DNA of 64,000 bases from Candidatus Bathyarchaeota archaeon. Lineage in GTDB: Archaea; Thermoproteota; Bathyarchaeia; Bathyarchaeales; Bathycorpusculaceae. The position numbers and the translations under genes are program-made. The stretch covers positions 416,001-480,000 of the forward strand of contig CAWEPZ010000011.1 of NCBI GenBank assembly GCA_963811105.1, written 5' to 3'. The notes beneath the pieces were generated by a model. It did no database searches. It was not told the DNA's origin and saw only the letters and a list, made by a program, of their open reading frames with translations. This document shows, piece by piece, positions 29,090 through 38,294 of this stretch (positions within the stretch are counted from its first letter, which is position 1; each line of letters begins with the position of its first letter).

Positions 29090-29411
29090 GTTCTTTTTGC
29101 TCCTTTTTCTTTTCTAACATTATACGGGTTTGATTGCCGCAGTCTAAGCAGGTTATTACAACATGAGGCTCCCTTTTCTGCTTTACCCTAACCCGACAAT
29201 TAGAACCGTGGACTAGCAGAGCATTGCAATTTTTACAAGTTTGCCGTTTGAATTCAAGGGGTAGGCGTATTTTTGCTGCCATGGCAATTCGTCGTGCAGA
29301 TTTGACATATTGTGTAGCTAATTTGGGATTTGTTTTGGAGATCGTCTTTGCTTGTGCAAAGAGTATTAGTATACGTTGTCTTGCTATCTGCTTAATGTTG
29401 GTTTGTTTCAT
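29052..29411 (-). CDS. rnp4: Ribonuclease P protein component 4 (Rpp21)
   Basis: IARQRILIL..YVKSARRI..CKNC..CLDCG. Confidence 0.92.
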   Translation of the reverse strand: MKQTNIKQIARQRILILFAQAKTISKTNPKLATQYVKSARRIAMAAKIRLPLEFKRQTCKNCNALLVHGSNCRVRVKQKREPHVVITCLDCGNQTRIMLEKKKEQKELEQDNNSNEASR

Positions 29412-29550
29412 CAGCCAGAAGGTAACAGAGCTTACACATAATACTTGTGCCTATCCTGAGGCAAAGTGGAGGGCATTGCATTTTCGGGGTTTTTTTTGGT
29501 CTGTGTTTTTTGCTGTTTTTTTATTCGGAGGTTTGAATTGATTGCAGGCT

Positions 29551-29620
29551 GCGACTAGATTTGACTGATTTCGACTACAAATGACTCTTTATGACTTTTA
29601 TAGACTGATTTTGACTCATT
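29551..29620. repeat. Seven degenerate 10-bp units with invariant GACT at exact 10-bp spacing
   Basis: gcGACTagat ttGACTgatt tcGACTacaa atGACTcttt atGACTttta taGACTgatt ttGACTcatt. Confidence 0.85.
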
Positions 29621-29706
29621 TTTCCAAAATGCTTAGTTACAAAACTCAATAGTTTCTGTGCAAAAATTTGGAAAAAAGCAAAATTAAAGCTGTGAAACTA
29701 CCCAGA

Positions 29707-30597
29707 TTATTGTTTTTGGTTTGAAAGTTCAAGTTTCAAGCTTTCTAATGCTTTATCCATTGCAAGCGGCTTATTCTGTAGAGTCTGTTGAGCTTTTGAT
29801 GTGTCAAGCGACGAGTCCATGGGGCGTTTAGCTGGCCAAGTAAACTGTGACGACAAAGCTGGTTTAATCAGATTTTTGTCCAAACCAAATGTGTCAGCGA
29901 TTAATTGTGCAAACTCCAATCTGCTGACTCGTGTAGCGCCACACAAATGATACGTTCCAGTTAGCCTTCGTTCAATAACTTCTAAAGTCATTTCAGCAAG
30001 ATTAGTATTCAATGTAGGAGTGTTCCACTGATCAGTTACTATTTCTATGTGTTTCAGGTTTCTGAGAGTTTCAATAACCCAGAGACCAAAATTCACCTTC
30101 CCTGCAGCAGGGGTTGAACCGTAAATCACGCTTGGTCGCGCAATGAAATATTCATCCTGAGTCCGGACCATTTCTTCAGCTTTCAGTTTGGTAATTCCGT
30201 AGTAGTTGATTGGCTCAGGTTTATCCGATTCTTTGTAGTTGCCTTTTTCGCCGTTAAAAACGTAGTCTGTGGAAATATAAATCAGAAAGGAACCTGCAGC
30301 TTTGGCTGCTTCCACTATGTTTCTTGTGCCTTCTACATTGATTTTCCAAGCAAGTTCCTTGTTCAGCTCACACTTGTCAACATCGGTAAGCGTTGCAGCG
30401 TGAACTACTATGTCAGGCTTTATTTTTTTGAATATCTCTTGAACAAGCATATTATCGGAAATATCCATTTTAACGAAGTTGCCATAAACTGACAAGCTTT
30501 GAATGTCCGAGGAGTAAACTTCGAAGTTCTTAGTAAGCGCCATGTGGGCTAATTTTGAGCCGTAAAGTCCACTTGCACCTGTTATTAAGAGCTTCAG
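29707..30597 (-). CDS. rfbD: dTDP-4-dehydrorhamnose reductase
   Basis: KLLITGASG, YISTDYVF, YYGITK, DQWNTPT, AKRP; probable CTG start overlapping the rfbB stop (CTGA). Confidence 0.92.
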   Translation of the reverse strand: MKLLITGASGLYGSKLAHMALTKNFEVYSSDIQSLSVYGNFVKMDISDNMLVQEIFKKIKPDIVVHAATLTDVDKCELNKELAWKINVEGTRNIVEAAKAAGSFLIYISTDYVFNGEKGNYKESDKPEPINYYGITKLKAEEMVRTQDEYFIARPSVIYGSTPAAGKVNFGLWVIETLRNLKHIEIVTDQWNTPTLNTNLAEMTLEVIERRLTGTYHLCGATRVSRLEFAQLIADTFGLDKNLIKPALSSQFTWPAKRPMDSSLDTSKAQQTLQNKPLAMDKALESLKLELSNQKQ

Positions 30598-31601
30598 TGA
30601 AGCCCACCCAGTTTCCAAGGCGTCGGATGCAAAATCACTTCAGTGGCAAACGGCGTCCACCAATGTTCATTATCAAGGTACCACTGAATCGTTGACTCTA
30701 ACGATTGCTCTAAATTGCACTTTGGCTTCCAACCTAATGTGGACTTAATTTTTGAGGAATCTAAACTGTACCTTGTATCATGTCCGGGGCGATCTTCCAC
30801 AAATGTGATCAAGCTTTCAGGTTTCTTAAGTTGAGTAATTATCTTTTTGGCAATATCGATGTTTGCGATTTCATTTCCAGCTGAGACATTGTAGATTTCC
30901 CCAGCTTTTCCTTTTTCAAGAACCGTTGCAATTGCTTCGCAGTGGTCTTGAACATAAATCCAGTCGCGGATGTTTTCGCCTGAACCATAAATGGGTATCG
31001 GAAGGTCTCTAAGTGCGCGGATAATGGTTTTAGGAATTAACTTTTCTGGAAGCTGATATGGACCAAAATTATTTGTGCATCGTGTTATACATACATTCAA
31101 GCCAAATGTTTTGCAGTAGGATAAGGCAAACATGTCAGCTGCCGCTTTGGAGGCTGAGTAAGGATTAGACGGCTTAGGTGGTTCATTTTCTGTAAATGAA
31201 CCTTCAAGTGCCTCGCCGTAAACCTCGTCGGTTGACACTTGCAGGAGCCTAGCTTTATGATTATGTTTGCGAATGGCTTCTAAGAGCGTAAAAGTACCGA
31301 CCGTGTTATTCTGCAAAAAAACGTTGGGGTCAGCAATACTCCTGTCTACGTGAGTTTCTGCCGCAATATTAACAACTGCGTCGACTTGATGAATAAGTCT
31401 GTTTACAAGTTGTGGATTGCAAATGTCGCCTTTAATAAATGTATATCGTTTGTCGTTTTCAACCTCGTGAAGATTAGCAGGGTTAGCGCCTATTCCTACT
31501 TTGTCAATATTGATGAACTCGCAATCAGGATATTTTGATAACATATACTTGCAGAAATTACTTCCAATAAATCCTAAACCACCCGTAATTAACACTTTCA
31601 T
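30594..31601 (-). CDS. rfbB: dTDP-glucose 4,6-dehydratase
   Basis: GGLGFIG, AAETHVDRSI, STDEVYG, PYSASKA, DRPGHD.RY. Confidence 0.96.
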   Translation of the reverse strand: MKVLITGGLGFIGSNFCKYMLSKYPDCEFINIDKVGIGANPANLHEVENDKRYTFIKGDICNPQLVNRLIHQVDAVVNIAAETHVDRSIADPNVFLQNNTVGTFTLLEAIRKHNHKARLLQVSTDEVYGEALEGSFTENEPPKPSNPYSASKAAADMFALSYCKTFGLNVCITRCTNNFGPYQLPEKLIPKTIIRALRDLPIPIYGSGENIRDWIYVQDHCEAIATVLEKGKAGEIYNVSAGNEIANIDIAKKIITQLKKPESLITFVEDRPGHDTRYSLDSSKIKSTLGWKPKCNLEQSLESTIQWYLDNEHWWTPFATEVILHPTPWKLGGLH

Positions 31602-31607
31602 ATTTCA

Positions 31608-32111
31608 TCACTTGTTAGGTAGACAATTCCAATCCCAAGGTTTACCAACACGAATGTCATCCTTCTTGCCATTTATAAATTTAGGAACAAGGGCAGGGTC
31701 ATTCCATGGCCTACGTTCTTCATCTGGGTTAGCATAGTCATACAAGTTAGTTGTAAAGTATAATAACATAGCTGGTTCATCACCAAGAGCCTTAAAGCCA
31801 TGCCAATAGTGACCTGGGACGCGGACAATTTGCAGATTTAAAGCGCTTGACACAACCTCATTAACTTCCTCTGTTTTGTCATCAAATGCGCAAATTTTTA
31901 TCGCACCTTTTAGCGCCAAAAAATAATCAACTTGTCCTCTAAGGTGTCTATGCCACGCGCGAATGATGTTGGGATATGTGAACGAAAAGTTTGCTTGGGC
32001 GATTTTGTCTTCGGCAAACAAGTCTTTCCAATCTCCACGCATAGCTTCGCAAAAAAAGCCTCTCTCGTCTGGAAAACGATTAATTGATTTTATTTTTATG
32101 CCTTCTAACAT
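31608..32111 (-). CDS. rfbC: dTDP-4-dehydrorhamnose 3,5-epimerase
   Basis: DERGFF, IIRAWHRH, WHGF cupin. Confidence 0.9.
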   Translation of the reverse strand: MLEGIKIKSINRFPDERGFFCEAMRGDWKDLFAEDKIAQANFSFTYPNIIRAWHRHLRGQVDYFLALKGAIKICAFDDKTEEVNEVVSSALNLQIVRVPGHYWHGFKALGDEPAMLLYFTTNLYDYANPDEERRPWNDPALVPKFINGKKDDIRVGKPWDWNCLPNK

Positions 32112-32179
32112 TCGTATCCCTTGGTTGCTTCCAAAACATATGTTTTAAAAATATTTATAATAGTTGTTATATTCTCGGG

Positions 32180-33238
32180 TTAAACTTGCACTTCCGAATA
32201 GTCGCCAACATGCAACTTTATTGTTCTGTTCCTTTGATTTCTCGTAACTGACGCGTTTTTTCCAATCAAGCTGTCTTCTAATCTCTCCACATCTTTAATG
32301 GTAACTTTTTCTTGTATAACGCAGTATTCAATGTTTGAATTGATTATTTCTGAACCATCTCCAATGCTTGTGTAAGGTCCAATGTAAGAGTTTTCAATCA
32401 AGACGTTCTTACCGATTATACATGGTCCTCTGATTGTACTATTCACTATTTTTGCATCCGCTGCTGCTTTAACCCGACCATCTATAGTGCTGTTTGTTAC
32501 CTTTGCTTTAACGTCATTCTCAATGTACTCATCCAATATTTTTGCGTTTGCACATAGAATATCGTCCTTCTTGCCTGTATCAAGCCACCATGAATTTAGG
32601 ATTTCAGCTTTTACTGAAAAGCCCATGTTTATCATTTCTTGGATGGCATCAGTAATTTCCAGTTCCCCGCGCCCAGAAGGTTTTATCTTTTCTATAGCTT
32701 GATGGACTTTATTTGAGAAGAGGTAAGTGCCGATAATTGCAAGGTTACCCATGGGAGTTTTAGGTTTCTCAACCAAACGAATAATATTGCCTTTTTCATC
32801 AAGTTGAGCTATTCCAAAACTTGAGGGGTTTTCAACTTCTTTGAGAATAATAAGTGCGTCAAGATGCTCATTCTTAAATTTCTTGACAAATAAGTTCAAT
32901 CCTTGACCAGTGACGTTGTCCCCTAAACACATAACAAAAGAATCCTGCCCTAAAAATCGGTGGGCAGTCTTAACAGCATGGGCTAAACCGAGTGGTTCCT
33001 GAGGGATATATGAAACATCAAGATTCCAAGATGAACCACCACAAACATAATCTTTAACAAATTGGCCAGTTTCTGGCGCAGTTATAATGCCTACCTTTTT
33101 TATGCGGGTTGCCGCCACCTGGTCAAGAACATACCCCAATATAGGTTTGTTAGCAACTGGAATAAGTTGTTTAGCGCATGTGAAAGTTAAAGGCCTAAGT
33201 CGTGTCCCTTTGCCGCCGCTTAGAACGAGTGCTTTCAT
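32180..33238 (-). CDS. rfbA: Glucose-1-phosphate thymidylyltransferase (long form)
   Basis: LSGGKGTRLRPLT..KQLIPV, GLAHAV, RGELEITDA, WLDTG. Confidence 0.95.
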   Translation of the reverse strand: MKALVLSGGKGTRLRPLTFTCAKQLIPVANKPILGYVLDQVAATRIKKVGIITAPETGQFVKDYVCGGSSWNLDVSYIPQEPLGLAHAVKTAHRFLGQDSFVMCLGDNVTGQGLNLFVKKFKNEHLDALIILKEVENPSSFGIAQLDEKGNIIRLVEKPKTPMGNLAIIGTYLFSNKVHQAIEKIKPSGRGELEITDAIQEMINMGFSVKAEILNSWWLDTGKKDDILCANAKILDEYIENDVKAKVTNSTIDGRVKAAADAKIVNSTIRGPCIIGKNVLIENSYIGPYTSIGDGSEIINSNIEYCVIQEKVTIKDVERLEDSLIGKNASVTRNQRNRTIKLHVGDYSEVQV

Positions 33239-33384
33239 GTTAATACCTTTTTACGATTTCTATTTATACCTTAACATCTCTTAAATAAGTTTATGCAGTT
33301 GTGATTGATATTGCAAAATCACAAAATTTTTAAGTAAAGAATAAGAATTGAAAAGTTAAGGATTGGTTCCTTCAAGGGAAAGAT

Positions 33385-33603
33385 ATGGAAAAACATGATC
33401 TGAATATTTTATCTTCTCTTCGAGCATACGGAAAGAAATGCAAATTCAGCCGTTCATGTAACCTCTTTTCAAACTCAAGTTATACATGTAGAAATGTCGG
33501 TGGACGATACTGTGGGAAGTTTAGAATCCTGAATCAAACAACCAACACTGCTGTTACGCGAGTGAATCGTAACTTTTCCGAAGACCAGGTTATTGTTGCT
33601 TAA
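33385..33603 (+). CDS. Small 4-Cys hypothetical protein
   Basis: CKFSRSC-x9-C-x7-CGKFR; divergent from rfbA. Confidence 0.5.
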   Translation: MEKHDLNILSSLRAYGKKCKFSRSCNLFSNSSYTCRNVGGRYCGKFRILNQTTNTAVTRVNRNFSEDQVIVA

Positions 33604-33632
33604 ACTCCTCTGGCTTACTTAATATTTGATGT

Positions 33633-35192
33633 TCATGCGTGAAGAAGATCCATTAATTTCTCAACCAAAGTTAATAGTGGACTAAAGATTTTTCGAATAG
33701 CGCCAAGCCCATTAATGATTTCTCGAAGATTATTAACGTCTACTCTGTTAATGGTTTTAGTAAGAATTGCTACAACGATAAAAATTGCTGAGAAGACAAA
33801 TACCCCAATTATTAGTTGCAGTAGATTCGAAAATGCAAGTTGAGAAAGGATTACGTATGTTAAAATGCCTGTAGCTATTGATGATAAGAGGATCTTGGTA
33901 GAAGAAACCCAATCAACTGATACTCCAAAATGACTTTTTATGAAGCGCAAACTCAATATTAAGCTTGGAAAACCAACTATTAACGAATGAATGATTAGAC
34001 CAAGTACGCCAAATTGAGATATCAACACAAAACTTAAAGGAAAACCAATTGTGACGGTTAGAATGGTCAATTTCAGGTTGTATTTTGTGTATCCTTGTGC
34101 GATTATTAAGTTGGATATGCTTAGATTTCCCAAAGCAGAATAAAGATATGTGATTGACAGTAAAGCTAAAAATAAGGGCGCTTCAGAATATTTATTCTGG
34201 AATATTGTGCCAATTGCAGGCTGCGCAAGAGCAATAATCATAGCCGTTACGGGTACGACAACTATGGCGGCGTATTTTACTGAGTATTGAAAAACGTTTT
34301 TTAGCAGTTCATTGTCTTTCTTTGGGTTTAGTTTGGAGAATGCTGGGAACATCATTGTTGTTACTGGAATGGCAAAGAAAGTTATTAAGACTACAAAGTT
34401 TTGGGCTACGTTATAATTGCCAATTATGGCGTTGTTAGTTACAAAGATTGCCATTATGTAGGTGTAGAATTGGGTTAGAAATCCCGCAAGGATGCTCCCT
34501 ATTGATACTGGAAAACCATATTTGAGCAAGGTTTTGGTGCTCGTCATAATTTCTAGTTTGCTAATAACTGGTTTAGGCAAGGATTTGTATATGGTCCATG
34601 TTAGGACAACACCAGTTATTCCTGCAACGAGGACAGAGATTGTGAAACCAGTAACTGCGCCAAGAGCTCCGAAACCTAGGAGAACAAGCGCTACTATGAC
34701 ACCGGTTTTAACTAGCGACTGAATAATCAACATTATGCTGTTGAGGTGCATGGTTTCCATTCCTGTGAAAGCCGAAGTCGCAACAGTTACAAGTGCATTG
34801 GCCAAAATAAAAAATGAAGCGATTTGAATCAGTGAAGTTATTGAAGGACGATTAAGAGTTGTTGCTAAAAAGCCTGAGAGAGCAAAAGATAGGATGGAAA
34901 GCGATAGACCTAAAATTATCTCGAACACTAAAGCAGATACGAAGACGCTTCGTATCTTTGCTACGTCATTTTCACTGTTGTACTGTGCGGAATATTTTAC
35001 CAAGGCTGTTGTGATTCCCCAGTCACGGAATGCAGCGATTAGGTTTGGCGCGGCAAGAGCTATTGTGTATAAACCATAGTTGGCTGGACCTAGAAGGTTA
35101 GCTATGATTATTGTGCCTACAGCTGAGATGACTGTTGAAGCAACTAATCCCCATAAAACATGGAAGCCTCCTTTAGCTGAAACCCTTGCCAT
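33633..35192 (-). CDS. Oligosaccharide flippase (Wzx/MOP family)
   Basis: Multi-TM, NLLGPANYGLY, FRDWG, FPAFSKL; sits in the glycan cluster. Confidence 0.88.
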   Translation of the reverse strand: MARVSAKGGFHVLWGLVASTVISAVGTIIIANLLGPANYGLYTIALAAPNLIAAFRDWGITTALVKYSAQYNSENDVAKIRSVFVSALVFEIILGLSLSILSFALSGFLATTLNRPSITSLIQIASFFILANALVTVATSAFTGMETMHLNSIMLIIQSLVKTGVIVALVLLGFGALGAVTGFTISVLVAGITGVVLTWTIYKSLPKPVISKLEIMTSTKTLLKYGFPVSIGSILAGFLTQFYTYIMAIFVTNNAIIGNYNVAQNFVVLITFFAIPVTTMMFPAFSKLNPKKDNELLKNVFQYSVKYAAIVVVPVTAMIIALAQPAIGTIFQNKYSEAPLFLALLSITYLYSALGNLSISNLIIAQGYTKYNLKLTILTVTIGFPLSFVLISQFGVLGLIIHSLIVGFPSLILSLRFIKSHFGVSVDWVSSTKILLSSIATGILTYVILSQLAFSNLLQLIIGVFVFSAIFIVVAILTKTINRVDVNNLREIINGLGAIRKIFSPLLTLVEKLMDLLHA

Positions 35193-35588
35193 CTCTGCAG
35201 CTTTAATAATGCTTCCTTCCTAGCCGTCTGTACCTTATGGGTTAACTGTTGTTTGTGATGTACCGTTTATCACTTTTGGTTTCCCTTGAGGTTAAACAAA
35301 AAACCTTAAAGAAATTTCTTCTTTCTGGGGTCGCGGGTTTGCCCACGACTTCTTATTGGTTGAACCTCTGGTCGCTTGTTGGGTTCTGGTTTTTTTTACT
35401 ATTTGGTTGGATGTAAGGGGTTTTGGCTTCACCGGTATGTTGGTTTTATTGACTATGGATTTGTAGAGATGTTGGTGTGAGTTGGTTGTGCAAGACAGAA
35501 ACAGCCAAATAAATTAAGAACTTTATGTAACTTTCTAATAGAAATTGTCTCCATTTGAAGACGGGATGTAAAGGGTTTTTCTGAATAG

Positions 35589-35862
35589 ACCTCCGATAAG
35601 CGATATCGGAGGTACATGAAATTGAGCGATGTAGTACTTGGTGTCATGTGCGTTATTGTCCAGAGGGTCATTTGGCTAAGGTGTAAAAAGAAATTCGCAA
35701 AAGGAAGGGTAATAGTCGTGATGCGATTAAGGTGGTTGCTGGTAAGTTGGTGAATGTTGTTTGGGCTGTTTTGACGTATGAGAGGGAGTTCAGGGCAGAG
35801 TAGGACAAGTGACAAGGGATATCTCCTTGCTTCTTGTTGCAGCTTGACTGCTGTTATAAGAA
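35589..35862 (+). mobile_element. Internally deleted IS110-family element (remnant; ends approximate)
   Basis: C-terminal transposase frame 35639-35803 WCHVRYCPEGHLAKV*KEIRKRKGNSRDAIKVVAGKLVNVVWAVLTYEREF; upstream GGAGGT + TTG giving MSDVVLGV; CTTGAC..ATAAG after the stop. Confidence 0.65.
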
Positions 35863-36071
35863 TAGAGTTTTTCCCTATTGTTGGCTCAAGCCGATGTGCG
35901 ACCTATTTCGCTGATAGGAGAATGCTATCCGAAATACAGAGTTGAAGTGAAAGAATATAAGAAAGAAATGAGGTGAGGTGTTAGGTAGTCGGGGTCTGTT
36001 TGGATGGACCTTCGTCTGGTCTTCTTTCATAGGAGAAGAACGGATGTTTTTTTTTGTGTGCAGCGTTAAAT

Positions 36072-36155
36072 CTGGTTTGGGTTGGCTTTGTTGAACAGGC
36101 TCTGGAGATCTCTTTGGTTGCGTCTGTATTCGTCAGGTTTAGGCTGACAAAGGCT
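36072..36155. repeat. Degenerate dispersed repeat, copy A
   Basis: Ungapped match to 36677-36760, 61 of 84 nt by manual count. Confidence 0.7.
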
Positions 36156-36676
36156 GATACTGGCGGAGGACTGTCATAGTTGCCTTTAACTGAACGTGTC
36201 TCCTTCAAAGCGAAGTTCCAAAAAGGCAATCGAGTCTAAGTTCCAAAATACGTCAAATGGCACTACAAACTAGAAACAGCTCAAATCTTGAAAGTAACGG
36301 TGAGCATCCTTGGAGTGTGGCAGCTTGCCCAGAGTTTTCTATCCAGAAAAAGCAAAGATTGAAGAATATTAATACCCAAATTAACAATCACCATATTCAA
36401 AGATGCCAAACCCAATATAGATAATCATGCAGTAGAGGTTAGGCTTAGTCCACTCTAGTTTATTGTGAGCCATCTAAGTTCTGGGTCAGTCTATTCTTTT
36501 TCTAGAATACACGACTTGATTAAAGTAGTAAGGACAGAGAGTATTCAATTGAAATAAGTCCAGACAGGTTTTTAGCAAAAATCTCTCGATAGTCATTTAA
36601 CAAACATTCGCAATAAGGTTTGATCAAGTAACTTAATAGAAGAAGACGAACTTTGCTGCAAAAATTTTTGCAAAGC

Positions 36677-36760
36677 TTGTTTTGGGTTGCTTTCGACGAA
36701 CAGGCTTTGCAGGGCTTTTTGGTTGCGTCTGCAAATGTCACGTTCCGTCTGGCGAAGGCA
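36677..36760. repeat. Degenerate dispersed repeat, copy B
   Basis: Shared blocks tttgggttg, gaacaggct, tttggttgcgtctg. Confidence 0.7.
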
Positions 36761-36917
36761 AGAACGGAGGAAGGTTGGTTGCCGCAAAATGAGATAAGCA
36801 TAGTCAGGTTTAGGTGTTCGCCAACCTCATGCCAGGAGAATGATGACGGCACAACTACTTTCTAATGTTTAGATAAAATTCTTGAAACAGTTAATGGGAT
36901 TTGTTTCTGGCTCTTTC

Positions 36918-38009
36918 TTATTTAGCGAGTTTTCTTTCCAGTATCTTAATTATTTTTTTACCAGCTGTACCGTCGCCAAATGGGTTAGTCCAACTTTTCT
37001 CATTATGAAGGCTCCTTTTTGATGCTTCGAGAATTCTTTCAGGATCAGTACCGGCAAGAACGTTAGCGCCAACTTCCACCGTTTCAGGCCTTTCAGTATT
37101 ATCCCTCAAAGTAACACATGGAACACCCAGAACACAGGTTTCTTCCTGCACTCCGCCCGAGTCAGTTAAAACAAGTCTTGCCTTGCTTTCAAGCTGCAGG
37201 AAAGCCAAATAACCTAAAGGCTCAACAAACGTAATGCCCCCAGAATCTATTCCGAACGCATCCAGTTGCTTTCTTGCCCTAGGATGAATAGGATAAATCA
37301 AAGGAAACTTGAATTCACTTTGAACTTTCTGCAGACCACAAATAAGCCCCGAGAACTTCTTCTTGTCATCAACATTTTCCTGCCTGTGAGCCGTAGCAAG
37401 CATGTACCGGTAACATTCAACGCCCAAAGACTCAAAAATTTGGCTCTCTGATTGGGCAATTTCTAAATTTTGATTTAGCGCATCAACAACGGTGTTTCCT
37501 ACCAGAAAAACCTTGTCTTCATTAATACCTTCATGAAGAAGAATTTCCCGCGATTTTGCAGTTGGAGCAAACAAAAAATCCGACGCATGATCAGCCAAAA
37601 CCCTGTTAACCTCCTCAGGCATAGTCCGGTCATAACTACGCAATCCAGCTTCAACGTGCCCCACTTTGATTCCAAGCTTTACAGCTGCTAACGCGCCAGC
37701 TAAAACTGTATTCGTGTCACCTTCAACCAACACAACGTCGGGAAATTCTTTCTGCAAAACCTCTTCTATACCAGCAAGCATCTTACCTGTTTGTTGCCCA
37801 TGACTTCCAGAACCCACATCAAGATTATACTTTGCGCTTGGCAGATTAAGCTGCTCAAAGAAGACTCTATCCATATTATACGAGTAATGCTGTCCAGTAT
37901 GTAAAATAAAAAAATCTGAACTCAACCTGTTACATTCACGAATTATTGGAGAAAATTTTACTATTTCAGGTCTAGTGCCCAAAACAATAGAAATTTTCAT
38001 CTTGAACAT
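36918..38009 (-). CDS. wecB: Non-hydrolysing UDP-GlcNAc 2-epimerase (WecB/WbpI family)
   Basis: GTRPE, TGQH, GDT, HVEAGLRS, PEE.NR, TDSGGVQEE, TERPE. Confidence 0.93.
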   Translation of the reverse strand: MFKMKISIVLGTRPEIVKFSPIIRECNRLSSDFFILHTGQHYSYNMDRVFFEQLNLPSAKYNLDVGSGSHGQQTGKMLAGIEEVLQKEFPDVVLVEGDTNTVLAGALAAVKLGIKVGHVEAGLRSYDRTMPEEVNRVLADHASDFLFAPTAKSREILLHEGINEDKVFLVGNTVVDALNQNLEIAQSESQIFESLGVECYRYMLATAHRQENVDDKKKFSGLICGLQKVQSEFKFPLIYPIHPRARKQLDAFGIDSGGITFVEPLGYLAFLQLESKARLVLTDSGGVQEETCVLGVPCVTLRDNTERPETVEVGANVLAGTDPERILEASKRSLHNEKSWTNPFGDGTAGKKIIKILERKLAK

Positions 38010-38294
38010 TTCACCGTTACAATTTTGAGTAGGCTAATAATAATGTCGTTTTTAATAAATAGGTGCACCTTCAAAACCCAAAAAATTGCATCTGGCTCAA
38101 TATCTTTATCCAGAAAAACTAAAAACGAAGTAACGAAAGGTTAAAGTTGAATCACATTTCAAAATATTTATACTATCATAGTCATGACTAACTCGAGTAA
38201 TACCGCAAAAATTGTTTGCTATGAAAACGTGTTTTGGGCTTGCGGTTTCATTTTTTGATGTTGAAAAAGATTAGCATGCATGACTCCGGCGTTA

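Noticed and set aside
35453-35815. 120-aa minus-strand ORF
   Set aside because: Antisense to the IS110 remnant, no recognisable features
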